64,000 bases of DNA from an uncultured Holophagales bacterium. GTDB taxonomy: Bacteria; Acidobacteriota; Thermoanaerobaculia; Multivoradales; UBA5704. Of the stretch, positions 51,483-62,128 are shown piece by piece. The notes under the pieces are model-generated. The model ran no database searches. It was not told the origin of the DNA and was given only the letters and a program-made list of their open reading frames with translations. The position numbers and the translations under genes were made by a program. The stretch spans positions 1,911,832 to 1,975,831 of the forward strand of contig CAWJGT010000009.1 of assembly GCA_963842525.1 (NCBI GenBank), written 5' to 3'. Position 1 is the first letter of the stretch. Every line of letters starts with the position of its first letter.

Positions 51483-53046
51483 ATGCCCTCCCGTCCCGAA
51501 GCCGTCCAGCTCGAGCTGTTCACCCATCGCTTCGCGGCGATCGCTCTCCAGATGGGCGAGATGCTCCGCCGCGTTGCCGTGTCGACCAACGTCAAGGAGC
51601 GGCTGGACTTCTCCTGCGCCCTGCTCGACGCCGGGGGCGAGCTGGTGGTCAACGCCCCGCACATCCCGGTCCACCTCGGGGCCCTCGGGCTTTGCGTACG
51701 ACGGCTGCGTGAGGCCATTGCAATGGAGCCAGGCGATGTGATCGTGACCAACCATCCCGGGTTCGGCGGCTCCCACCTGCCCGATGTGACGGTGGTGACG
51801 CCGGTCTTCGAGGACCAGGGAGCGCTCCTCGGCTATGTGGCCAGCCGGGCGCATCATGCCGAAATTGGAGGGATCCGGCCAGGCTCGATGCCCCCGGGTG
51901 CGCGCTGCCTGCTCGAAGAGGGGGTGGTGATCCCTCCGGCCTGGCTGGTGCGCGCCGGCGAGCCCCTCTGGGACGAGATGCGGCAACGGCTCCTCAACGC
52001 CCCCTTCCCGACCCGGGCCGTGGAGGAGAACCTGGCGGACCTGCGCGCCGCCGTGGCGGCCAACCATCAGGGGGCCGAGGCGTTGCGAGCACTGGCCCGC
52101 GAGCATGGACGCGAGACGGTCGAGCGCTACATGGGGGCGCTCAAGAGCCGGGCCGAGGAGCGGCTGCGCGCCGCCCTCGCGCGCCTGCCGGCAGGACGGT
52201 ACGCCGCGGCGGAGCGCCTGGACGACGGCTCGCCGATTCACGTTTCGATCGAGGTGTCGGGCACCCGCGCGGTCGTCGACTTCGCCGGCTCGGCCGGCGT
52301 CCATCCCGGCAACCTGAACGCGCCGCCGGCCGTGGTGCGGAGTGCCGTCCTCTATGTCCTGCGGCTGCTCATCGCCGAGCCGCTGCCGCTCAACGAGGGC
52401 ATCCTCCGGCCGGTCGAGATCCGCGTGCCGCCCGGGATGCTGAACCCACCTTTCCCGGACGACCCGGCCGAGGCGCCGGCCGTGGTGGGCGGCAACGTCG
52501 AGACGAGCCAGCGGCTCGTCGACACCCTGCTCAAGGCCCTGCAACTCGCCGCCTGCAGCCAGGGGACGATGAACAACGTCCTCTTCGGCAACCCGCGTTT
52601 CGGCTACTACGAGACGGTCTGCGGCGGCTCGGGCGCCATCCCCGGTTCTCCGGGAGCGAGCGCTGTCCATACCCACATGACCAACACACGGATCACCGAT
52701 CCGGAGGTCCTGGAGCACCGCTATCCGGTCCGGCTGGAGCGCTTCGCGATCCGGCCCGGCTCGGGCGGCTCCGGCCGCTGGCGCGGCGGGGACGGCGTGG
52801 TCCGCGAGCTGACCTTCCTGGAGCCTGTCTCCCTCTCGGTCCTCACACAGCACCGGGTCGAGGCCCCCTATGGGATGGAAGGCGGCGAGCCCGGTCTTCA
52901 GGGCCGGCAGCGGCTGGTGCGTGCCTCGGGCGAAATCGTCGAGCTGGCGCCGGTGGACGGCTGCGAGGCTGGACCGGGTGACCGGCTGATTCTCGAGACC
53001 CCAGGCGGGGGAGGGTGGGGGGGCCCGCTGGCGCAGCACCTCGTAG
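51483..53046 (+). CDS. Hydantoinase B / 5-oxoprolinase C-terminal subunit (end inferred)
   Basis: [50 protein letters not shown]; read-through to 53543 likely from a G-run indel. Confidence 0.9.
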
Positions 53047-53492
53047 AGGGCCAGAGCCACCGACGTCGAAAGGTTGAGCGACCGGATCTCCGGGTCCAGC
53101 ACGGGGATCCGGACGAGCCGATCTCGCCAGGTCTCCCGGATCTCGGGAGCCAGCCCGACGCTCTCGCGGCCGAAGACCAGCACAGCCCGCTCAGGATACT
53201 GGACGCTCCAGTAGTCGCGCGACGCCTCGGCGCTGAAGAAGAACGGCTCGCCCAGCCCGGGGAGCTCGTCTTCGATTGCCGCCCAGGAGGGCCAGATCCG
53301 TGGATCGACGCGCGGCCAGTAGTCGAGCCCGGCGCGTCGCACCTCCCGCTCGTCGAGCGAGAAGCCGAGCGGCTCGACCAGGTGGAGGCGGGCGCCCGCG
53401 GCGAGGCAGGTGCGGCCGGCGTTACCGGTGTTCCAATGGATCTCCGGCTCGACCAGGACGACGTGGAGCGATCCGCTGTCGGAGAGGGGCAT
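53025..53492 (-). CDS. trmL: tRNA (cytidine/uridine-2'-O)-methyltransferase (end approximate)
   Basis: VLVEPEIHWNTGN..R, LHLVEPLGF, RRAGLDYW, FGRESVGL, RSLNLS. Confidence 0.92.
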
Positions 53493-53529
53493 GTGCCCCC
53501 GATTCTACCCGGGGGCGCCGCCTGCGTTC

Positions 53530-54174
53530 CTACTGCAGCTTGACAGTGATCTCGCCGACGCCGACGTCGGCCTTGACCTTCGAGCTGCCGGTTCCCTTGG
53601 TCCAGTGGATCGTCTTGGCGACCAGGCCGGAGCTTTCGTAGCGGCGGCCGTTGGCGGAGAGGTTGGTCTCACCCACCCCGGTATCGGCGTTGACCGAGGC
53701 CACGGCCGAGGCCGGCATGGTGATGTCGAGCTCGCCCACCCCTACGTCGGCGGTGAGGTTGCCCGCGATTCCGGTGATGTCCATCTCGCCGACGCCGAGG
53801 TCCGCCTTGAGGTCGAGCTGCCGCGGGACCTGGATGCGCACGTGGGCCTCGAGCCCTTTGCCGCCCCGCTTCGGCCAGTCCTTCATCTCGATGCGGAGCC
53901 GGCCGTCTTCCTGCGCATAGACGACGCGGATCTTCTGGGCCGCCTCGCGGCACGCTTTGCGCCCACGGTCGCATTCGAGCTTCACGTCGACATGGACCTG
54001 CGGCTGGTCCCATCCCTCGATGTCGACCTCTCCGACGGGGATGTCGAGGTCTACCTGTTGGATACCGCTCGCGGGGATCAGCTTTTCGAGATGGCGCACG
54101 GTCTCGTCCGCGCTCGCGGGCAGGGCCCACAGCAACGCGACGGCCAGGGTCAGGGCAAGCTTCTTCATGATCAT
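53530..54174 (-). CDS. Secreted beta-strand repeat (DUF4097/adhesin-like) protein
   Basis: Signal peptide MKKLALTLAVALLWALPASA; repeated ADxGVGE. Confidence 0.75.
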   Translation of the reverse strand: MIMKKLALTLAVALLWALPASADETVRHLEKLIPASGIQQVDLDIPVGEVDIEGWDQPQVHVDVKLECDRGRKACREAAQKIRVVYAQEDGRLRIEMKDWPKRGGKGLEAHVRIQVPRQLDLKADLGVGEMDITGIAGNLTADVGVGELDITMPASAVASVNADTGVGETNLSANGRRYESSGLVAKTIHWTKGTGSSKVKADVGVGEITVKLQ

Positions 54175-54295
54175 CGTCCCTCCGGTGTCGGGAGCCCCTT
54201 CCGGGAGGCTCTTCTCTTCCTTACGAGAGAGAACGTCTCCGGGTTCCAGCTCAGCGGCACCGATCTTGCCTTTCCCTCGTAGGATGGTGACTGTC

Positions 54296-55099
54296 ATGGA
54301 GCCGATCTTCCAGGAAGCCAACCTGTCGACCCATCGTTTACGCTTGCGCGATCTGTTCGCCGCGGCCCTGAAGAATACGCAACTCGCCACCGAGAACGGC
54401 GTCTACTTCCACGAGTATCTGACCGACTCGCTCGCCGCCGGCGACGCGCCTAACGCGATCAAAGCGATTCTGTCGTGGAGCAAGCACGCCTCGACGGGCG
54501 TGCGGCGCGCGCTCGATCTGCATGGCGACGTCGCCTCGCAGCGCGACGAGCTGCGGCCGGGCGGTATCGTCGAAGACCTGTCGGTGGCCGTGGCCAAAGA
54601 GCAGGACAGCTTGGCGGGCGACGTCGACGCGCTCGTCATGGCGCTCGATGCGCGCGCGGCGCTCGAGATCGGCATCACGCAATCGCTCGGGTCAGCGCTC
54701 TCGATCGAAGCGGAGCGCGACGCGCTCGTGGCGCGTCTGCGCGCCTTCACGCCGCTCGTGCGCGGTACGTCGGCGGCGCACGTCGCGCGCTACATTCGCG
54801 CCGACGACGCGTTCCACCGCATCTTCTTGAGCTTGCTGCGCAACCAACCGCTGTTCGACATCTACAACGCGATGGACGTACCGGAGCTCATGCGCCGCGT
54901 GCTGCTCGTCGCGCCGATCTCGATCCGCGAGATCTTCGACGATCACAAGGCGCTGACGAATGCCCTGCGCGCCGGCAGCGCCGACGAGACGAGCGCCGCC
55001 ATCACCCAGCACGCCAACCGCGTCCGCACGGCTTTGGCGACCTTCCTGGCCGACGCCGCCAAAGCCGCCAACCCGGCCGCCAACCAGCAGGTCGCGTAG
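54296..55099 (+). CDS. GntR-family FCD domain protein lacking the N-terminal HTH (probably chimeric or truncated)
   Basis: ADDAFHRIF...NQPL...DHKALTNALRAGSADETSAAITQH; spans the compositional break. Confidence 0.55.
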   Translation: MEPIFQEANLSTHRLRLRDLFAAALKNTQLATENGVYFHEYLTDSLAAGDAPNAIKAILSWSKHASTGVRRALDLHGDVASQRDELRPGGIVEDLSVAVAKEQDSLAGDVDALVMALDARAALEIGITQSLGSALSIEAERDALVARLRAFTPLVRGTSAAHVARYIRADDAFHRIFLSLLRNQPLFDIYNAMDVPELMRRVLLVAPISIREIFDDHKALTNALRAGSADETSAAITQHANRVRTALATFLADAAKAANPAANQQVA

Positions 55100-55129
55100 C
55101 TCGGCGCACCCGACGCGACCTGCGAGTGC

Positions 55130-55159
55130 TTGACATGCGTTGCACATGCGTTGCATACT
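55130..55159 (+). promoter_or_regulatory. Sigma70-like promoter overlapped by tandem PhaR-like boxes
   Basis: TTGACA-18 nt-CATACT; CATGCGTTGCA twice in tandem (55134-55155). Confidence 0.65.
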
Positions 55160-55204
55160 ACGCACGTGTCGAAGCGAAACCCCCCGTAAGACCAGGAGCA
55201 AGCA

Positions 55205-55494
55205 ATGTCGAATTATGTGAAGCTGGCGACCGACGCCGGCGATCAGTACCTGACCTCTCTCGCCGACATGCAAGAGAACTTTCTGAAGACGACGACCGCG
55301 TTGGCAGCGAAACTCCCGCCGATGCCGCCGGTCGAGACGCCGCCCGCGTTCGCCGCTGCCGCCGCGTCTTTCCCGACGGCGCAGGAAGTGACGGAGGCGA
55401 ACTTCGCCTTCGCGCAAAAGCTGCTGAAGCAGCAGAAGAGCTTCGCGGAGAAGCTGCTGGCTGCCAGCACGCCGGCGCTAGCGCCGCCAAGTAA
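55205..55494 (+). CDS. Phasin-like protein (end inferred, indel)
   Basis: Short Ala-rich amphipathic protein (PTAQEVTEANFAFAQKLL) heading PHA genes. Confidence 0.55.
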
Positions 55495-55642
55495 ACGAGT
55501 CACGCGCGCCGCGGCGGCGGCCCTTTCCCCCCCGGGGCCGTCGCTGCGGCTTTTCCCGCTTGACCGAACTTCAGTACCATACCGAGCGAACGGACGCGCT
55601 CGGTTACTCGAGCCGCGACGCCAGAACAAAACATAGGCCCGC

Positions 55643-56007
55643 GTGGCTGACGACAAGACCACCAACGACCCGCCGCTGATCGAACGCTGGCTCGCCGAGC
55701 AGCAACAGTGGCAGAAGACGCTCTTGACCTACATGGATTCCATGGTCAAGAACGAAGATTTCCTCGTTCATCTGGGCAACGCGATGCGCGGCTCGCTGCT
55801 GGCGGGCAAGGCGTATCCAACGTCGCCCGCGCCAGGGGCCGCCGAGCCCGAAACGCCGGCCGACGACAAGCTCGATCAAATCCTGTTCGCGTTGCGCCAG
55901 CTCGAGGGACAGGTGCAGGATCTGCGCTTGACACTCGACGAGCTGCGCGCCGAAAAGAAACCGAGGGCAAAAAGGCAGCGCGCGGGAAACCCAAGGACCC
56001 GCAGTGA
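55643..56007 (+). CDS. PhaE/PhaR-like PHA synthase accessory subunit
   Basis: WQKTLLTYMDSMVKNEDF; C-terminal coiled coil; restored TGA overlaps the GTG of phaC. Confidence 0.5.
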
Positions 56008-57112
56008 ACGAAGCGGAGCCCGAGCCGGAGCGCGACCAGGAGCGCGAGCTCGAAGCCCTGCTCGACCTGTCCCGCCGCGGCCGCAGCAAGCTCGAGCGCC
56101 TGCATGAATTTTGACGACGCCGGGCCACTACGGCACCGGGGCGACGCCCGCCACCGTCGTCTACCGCGAGAACAAGCTGCGCCTGCTGCGGTTGCTCGAC
56201 GAAACCGGCGGCCGCGCGTCCGGCGCCGCCCGTGCTGTTCGTGCCGGCGCCCGTCAGCCGCTACTTCATCATGGATCTCCTGCCCGGCCGCTCGTTCGCC
56301 GGCCACGTCGCCGCGGCGGGCTTCGACGTCTACATCGCCGACTTCGGCACGCCGAGCCGCGAGGACCGCTTCGCGGATCTCGCCTACTACGTCGAGGGTC
56401 TCGTGCGCCGCTCCGTGCGCACCGTGGCCGCGATGACCGGCAAAGACCGCATCAACATCGTCGGCTACTGCCTCGGCGGCACGCTGTCGCTGCTCTATGC
56501 GGCGCTGTATCCCGAGACCGTGCGGCGGCTCGTGCTGTTGACGACGACCGTCGACGGCGACGTCGAGGGCGGAATTCCGTGGGTCGCTCACCGGATGGGG
56601 CTTGCGGGCGAGAGCTACGACAACCCGCGGCTCGTGCCTGCCGCCGAGGTCAAGAGCTGGTTCGAGATGCTCGCGCCCGGGCTCGAACAGCGTCATGGGC
56701 CGCGTCAGCGATCTCTGGGATCGGCTCGACGATGCACCCGAGCGGCTGCGCGAGGTGCGCACGATGGCGAGCTGGGTCGACGACGTCGTGCCGGCGCCGG
56801 GACGCCTGCTGGCCGAGCTCTATCGCAAGCTCGGCCCCGGCGCGAACGGCTTGATGAAGGGCACGGCCACGGTCGGCGACCGGTTAGTGGACTTCGCAGG
56901 CGGTCGCGATGCCCGTGCTGTCGGTATCGGCCGAGAAGGACACGATCGCGCCGCCTGCCGGCGTCGATGCGGTTCGCTCGATCGTGCCGCAGGCCGAGAT
57001 TCTGCGACTGCCGGGCGGGCACGTCGGCATCGTCGCCGGCCGCGCCGCCGCGGAGCTGTGGCAACGGACCGTGGAGTTCCTGGGCTCTGGGGAGGATCGG
57101 CGTGGAGCGTGA
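56004..57112 (+). CDS. phaC: PHA synthase PhaC, class III/IV-like (indels)
   Basis: TPATVVYRENKLRL, YFIMDLLPGRSF, GYCLGG, EKDTIAP, GGHVG. Confidence 0.8.
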
Positions 57113-57902
57113 GTTTCATCCATTGGCGCGGCCACCGGATCTGCGTCTCGGAGCGCGGCGAGGGCAGGCCGCTGTTCCTGGTTCCCGGCATCGGCTGCAG
57201 CGCCGACATGTGGGAGCCGTTCATGCACGTACTTCCCGAATCGGCGGCTCATCAGCTTCGACTGCGCCGGGCGCCGGGCGCTCGAGCACGCCGCTGTTTC
57301 CCGTGCCCGTCTCTGCGCTGGCGGCGCTCGCGGCGGCCGTGCTCGACGACCGCGGCGTCGACTGCACGGACGTCATCGGCTTCTCGTATGGCGGCGCCGT
57401 CGCGCAGCAGCTCGCCTACGACTATCCCGAGCGCGTCCGCCGCCTCGTCTTGGCCGCCACCAATTGCGGCTTGGGCTCGTTCTGGGGCTCGCCGGCGGTG
57501 ATGGCCGTGATGGCGACGCCGCTGCGGTTCTACTCCGCCGAGCTATTTCGAGCGCGTCGCGGCCGGTCGTCTACGGCGGCGTCACGGGACGCGACGCGGC
57601 GAAGCGGCAGGGCGCCAGCGGTGCGCGTCGCCGTTTGCCGCCGAGCCAGTACGGCTACGCGATGCAGCTGCTCGGGCGGCGTGGGCTGGTCGAGCTGGAG
57701 CTTCCTGCCGGACATTCCGCATGAGACGCTCGTGGTCTGCGGCGACGACGATCCGCTGGTGCCGCTCGCGAACGCCAAGATGCTCGCCGAGCGGATACCG
57801 CGCGCGAAGCTCGCCGTCGTCGAGCGCGCCGGGCACTTGCTGCTGTGGGACGAGCCGGAGCGCGTCGCGCCGCAGATCGGGAAGTTCGTCGGCTGGGATT
57901 GA
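57109..57902 (+). CDS. Alpha/beta hydrolase, PHA depolymerase-like (indels)
   Basis: PLFLVPGIG, GFSYGG, GDDDPLVP, GHLLL. Confidence 0.75.
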
Positions 57903-57929
57903 GCAGCTCGGCAGCGAGGGTCTCCGAGC

Positions 57930-58878
57930 ATGCGTGGCTCGCAATGCGTTCGTCTCTGTCGCCGTCGTCGCAGTTAGTACCGCCGCCGCGGCCGGGATCT
58001 CGTTCGGCCAGGCCGACAACTGGTATCCGTCGCGCTGGGGCGCCGCCGATCAGCGCGGCGCCGCCAACCGCATCACGCCGGCCAAGGTGCTCGAGGCGAA
58101 GAACCTGATCACGCGCGGCACGGTCTACCAGCTCGGCCGCGTCTACGAGGCGGCGATGCCGATGTTCGGCACGCGCCACTTCAGCCTGCGATTCCGCAGA
58201 CCTTCGGGCCGATGGGCACGAATCGCACGATGTATCACGACGAGATCGTCAGCGCCGAGATCGGCCAGGTCGGCACGCAGTTCGACGGCCTCGGCCACAT
58301 CGGCGTCGGCGACCTGTTCTACAACGGCAACGACCGGCGCGAGTTCTCGAAGGCCGACGGGCTCACGAAGCTCGGCGTCGAGAACGTCGGCGCGCTCGTG
58401 ACGCGCGGCGTGCTCGTCGACGTCGCGGCGTTCAAAGGCGTCGCGCGGCTCGAGGGCGGCTACGAGATCACGCTCGCCGATCTGCGCGGCGCGCTCGAGC
58501 GGCAGCGCACGGAAGTTCGCGCCGGCGACGTCGTGCTCGTGCACACGGGCTGGGGCTCGCTCTGGGGCACCGACAACGCCGCGTTCGCCGCCAACGCGCC
58601 CGGCGTCGGCTTGGAGCGCGGCGCAGTACCTGGTCGAGCGCGAGGTCGTGCTCGTCGGCTCCGACACGTGGGCGACGGAGGTCGTGCCGAATCCGAATCC
58701 CGATCTGCAGTTCCCCGTGCACCAGCTGCTGATCCCGCGCAACGGGATCTACATCTTCGAGAATCTGCTGACCGAGGAGCTGGCGCGCGATCGCGTCTAC
58801 GAGTTCGCGTTCTTCTTCGCGCCGCTCAGGCTCAAGGGCGCGACCGGCTCGCCGGGCAATCCGCTCGCGATTCGCTGA
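57930..58878 (+). CDS. Cyclase/kynurenine formamidase family protein (indels, start approximate)
   Basis: SRWGAADQRGAAN, GTQFDGLGH, RGVLVD, GDVVLVHTGW, GATGSP. Confidence 0.85.
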
Positions 58879-58899
58879 GCGGCGGTCGCCGCTGACGGG

Positions 58900-59199
58900 C
58901 TAGACCAGCACCTTCCGATCCGGGAAGGCTTTCTGCCAGCGGTTGATCCGCACGCTCGCCCGCATGCCGTTCGTCCAGAACGGATCGTCCTTGAAGATAT
59001 CGCGGACCTCGGCTTCGTCCTTCGCCTCGATGATCCACAAGCCGCCGAGCGGCTTGTCGCTCGGCACCTCGCGCATCGAGCCCGGCACGAGCACGCGATC
59101 TTTGACGCGATCGAGGAACTCGAAGTGCGACTTCAAGAGCTTGTCCCGCAGCTCGCCCATGTTGGGTTTGTCCTCGAACTGCACGATATAGAGCGCCAT
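58900..59199 (-). CDS. YciI family protein
   Basis: R...HFEFL, GGLWIIEA, DPF. Confidence 0.85.
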   Translation of the reverse strand: MALYIVQFEDKPNMGELRDKLLKSHFEFLDRVKDRVLVPGSMREVPSDKPLGGLWIIEAKDEAEVRDIFKDDPFWTNGMRASVRINRWQKAFPDRKVLV

Positions 59200-59268
59200 G
59201 GGTTCCTCGTCCGTAGCGGCAACGTGAAGAGCGCGTAGCCTAGCGTGCCGGCGCGCGGCGCACCAAGG

Positions 59269-61138
59269 CTAGATGTCGATCTCCGTCGCGAGCACGACGA
59301 CACGTTTCGTCGGCATGCGGAAGAATTCCGCGGCTTGCGCGCTGCGGCGCTGCAGATAGGCGAATACCTGCGACTTGATCCCTGCGAGCCCGGAGCGCGG
59401 CCGCGCGCGCACGAGATGCCAGCCGAGGAAGTAGGTGCAGTTCACGTCGTCGATGCGCAGGCCGCGTTGGCGCGCGCCGCGCAGCGCCTCGGCGACGTCG
59501 GGCGTCTCCATGAAGCCGAAGCGCGCGTGCACGGCGTGGACCTCGGGCGTCAGCTCCTCGACCCACGCGCGCGCCGCGCGGTCCTGCCGCGGCATGCGCA
59601 AGATCTCGAGGTGCAAGATCACGATGCGCTCGTGGCACACGTGGTTGTGCTCGAGGTTGCGCAGCAGCGCCGTCGGCACGAAGCCGCTCTGGCTCACGAG
59701 GAATACCGCCGTGCCCGGCACGCGCGTGGCCTGCGCCAACAGATTCGGCAGCGCAGTCCACGGCACGGCGCGCTCGCGCAGCTCGTGGCGCAGCTTCGCG
59801 CGGCCGTCGCGCCACGTGATGAAGCCGGCGAACATCACGGCGGCCAGCGTCAGCGGAACCCAGCCGCCGTGCGCGATCTTCGTAACGTTGCCCGCGAGGA
59901 AAGCGACGTCTACGCCGAGGAACAAGCCGAAAACGAGCCACGACGCGCAGCAGCGGCCACTCCCATCGCGTGCGCGCGACGACGGCGCCGAGCACGGTGG
60001 TGATGATCATCGCGCCGATGACCGATGCGCCGTACGCGGCCGACAGCGCGCTCGACGAGCCGAACGCCAGCACGAAGCCGACGACGGCGAGAAACATGAT
60101 CGCGTTGGCCGCGGGCACGTAGATCTGCCCGCGCTCGTCGGCCGACGTTTGCAGGATTGCGACGCGCGGCAGCAGGTCGAGCTGCACGGCCTGGCGCGTT
60201 ACGGAGAAGGCGCCCGAAATCGTGGCCTGCGAAGCGATGATCGTCGGCGGCCGTCGCGAGGAACACGAGCGCCGGCAGCCACGCCGGCGGACGCGAGCGC
60301 GAAAAACGGATTCGCGATCGGGCCCGTCGGCCGTCAGCAGCAACGCGCCCTGACCGAAGTAGTTCAGCAGCAGCGCGGGCCAGACCAGCCCGAGCCACGC
60401 GATCCGCACGGGCTGCTTGCCGAAGTGCCCCATGTCGGCGTACAGCGCTTCGGCGCCCGTCAGCACCAGAAATACGGCGCCCAAGATCGCCAGCGCGACG
60501 CCGGATGCGTGGCGAGCAGCGCGACGGCGTAGCTCGGCGACACCGCGACGAGCACTTCGCGGCGCGTCGACGATGCTCGCGAACGCCGAGCGCGGCCAAC
60601 GTCCCGAACCACAGCACCATGATCGGGCCGAACAAGCCGCCGACGCGCGCCGTGCCGCGGCGCTGGATCGCGAACAACGCGACGAGGATGCCGAGCGTGA
60701 TCGGCAGCACCATGCCGGCGAACGCCGGGGTCGAGCAGCTCGAGGCCCTCGACGGCGCGAAAGCACAGAGATCGCCGGCGTGATCAGCGCTTCGCAGTAG
60801 AACAGCGCCGTGCCGAGCGCCGCGAGCGCGACGAACCGCGCGGCCCACGCGCCCGGCGGTCCCGAACTTCTGCTGCACGAGCGCGAGCAGCGACGAGCAT
60901 GCCGCCTTCGCCTGCGTTGTCGGCGCGCAGGATCACGACGACGTACTTCAGCGTGACGACCGACAGCAGGCTCCAGAAGATCAGCGAGAGCACGCCGAGC
61001 ACGGCGGCCGGATCGCCGAGCCGCCCGTGGTCGCAACGTCGCTTCCTTCAGCGCGTACAGCGGGCTCGTGCCGATGTCGCCATACACGACGCCGAGCGCG
61101 CCGAGCGTCGCTCGGCCGAGGGGGCGTTGCTCATTCAT
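59269..61138 (-). CDS. kup: KUP/HAK/KT potassium transporter (many indels)
   Basis: [49 protein letters not shown]. Confidence 0.93.
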
Positions 61139-61249
61139 GGATGCAAAGTGACTGTGGAGAGAGGAAGGCGGCGATGGGCGAGTAGATGCCGATGCTCTCG
61201 GGGCGGTGTGCGAAGCCGCGACAATTCTACGCCCGCACAGGCGCGAACG

Positions 61250-62097
61250 TCAGGCCGCGAGCTCGATTCTGCCGACGTAAATACTCTTCTTGAGCTCGAC
61301 GTCGAGCCGCTTCGCCACGCGGCCGGCGACCTCGATGACGACCCCGATAACGTCCGCTGTCGGGTTTGAGACCGTCGATCTTGAACTCGCCGTAGGCATC
61401 CGTGACCGCTTCGCCGACGACGGCTCCCGAGCTCTCGAGCCTGACCCTCGCATCGGCGACGCAGTCGGTTACGCCGTTGACGGTCTTGATGACCGTGCCG
61501 CCGACGAACTCGTGCGTGTAGCGATCGAGATTCTTGTAATGGACTCTCGGCTTGGTGGCCAACTCCGGCTGCAGCTCGCGGAGGCCCTCCTGGGACTTGA
61601 TCGCGGCCATCTCCTCGTCGGTTACCTTGACCGACTTGAGCGCGCCGGTGGCGCACACTTGTAGCGCAGCGGGGCTCCTTCCAGCCGCGGTCGATCAAGT
61701 GCGCGTCGAAGAACCAGTGCTGGGGAAGTTGTAGCTCCTCGTTCCAGCGCACGGCGCCATAAGGGCAAGCGTCGGCGATCGCCTTCTGGCCCTTGGCCTT
61801 GACGGGATGGATGTGCACGATGCCGTCGGCGCGCTTCGTGACGGCGCCGTTCTTCGCCGCCTTCATGCAAGGCGCGTCGTCGCAGTGCTGGCACATGACG
61901 GGTAAGTAGGCGACGTCCATGACGGGACCCGATCCGCGCTCGTTGGATCGAATGTCGATCCATCTAGACCCATGCCTCGGCATCGGCGCGGAATAGCCTT
62001 CGAACTCGTTGCCGACGTGCTCGTCCTGATTGGCCAGCGTGCACAGATTGCAGTTCGTGCACTTGGCGACGTCGACGATCAGATTCCATTTCTTCAT
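61250..62097 (-). CDS. Fe-S subunit, pyrogallol-phloroglucinol transhydroxylase small-subunit-like (indels)
   Basis: DVAKCTNCNLC...DEHVGN, CQHCDDAPC, ACPYG; C-terminal beta domain TDAYGEFKIDGL. Confidence 0.82.
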
Positions 62098-62128
62098 GCG
62101 CTTCGTTCCGTATGCGTCTGTTCGGTCG

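Noticed and set aside
51468-53543. Fully overlapping antisense ORFs (hydantoinase B and a 674-aa TrmL)
   Set aside because: Removing one G from the run near 53017-53023 gives both genes nearby stops; homology ends at that point.
56232-57902. PhaC-PhaZ fusion ORF
   Set aside because: Created by indels; a separate stop/start (GTGA) overlap exists at 57109-57112.
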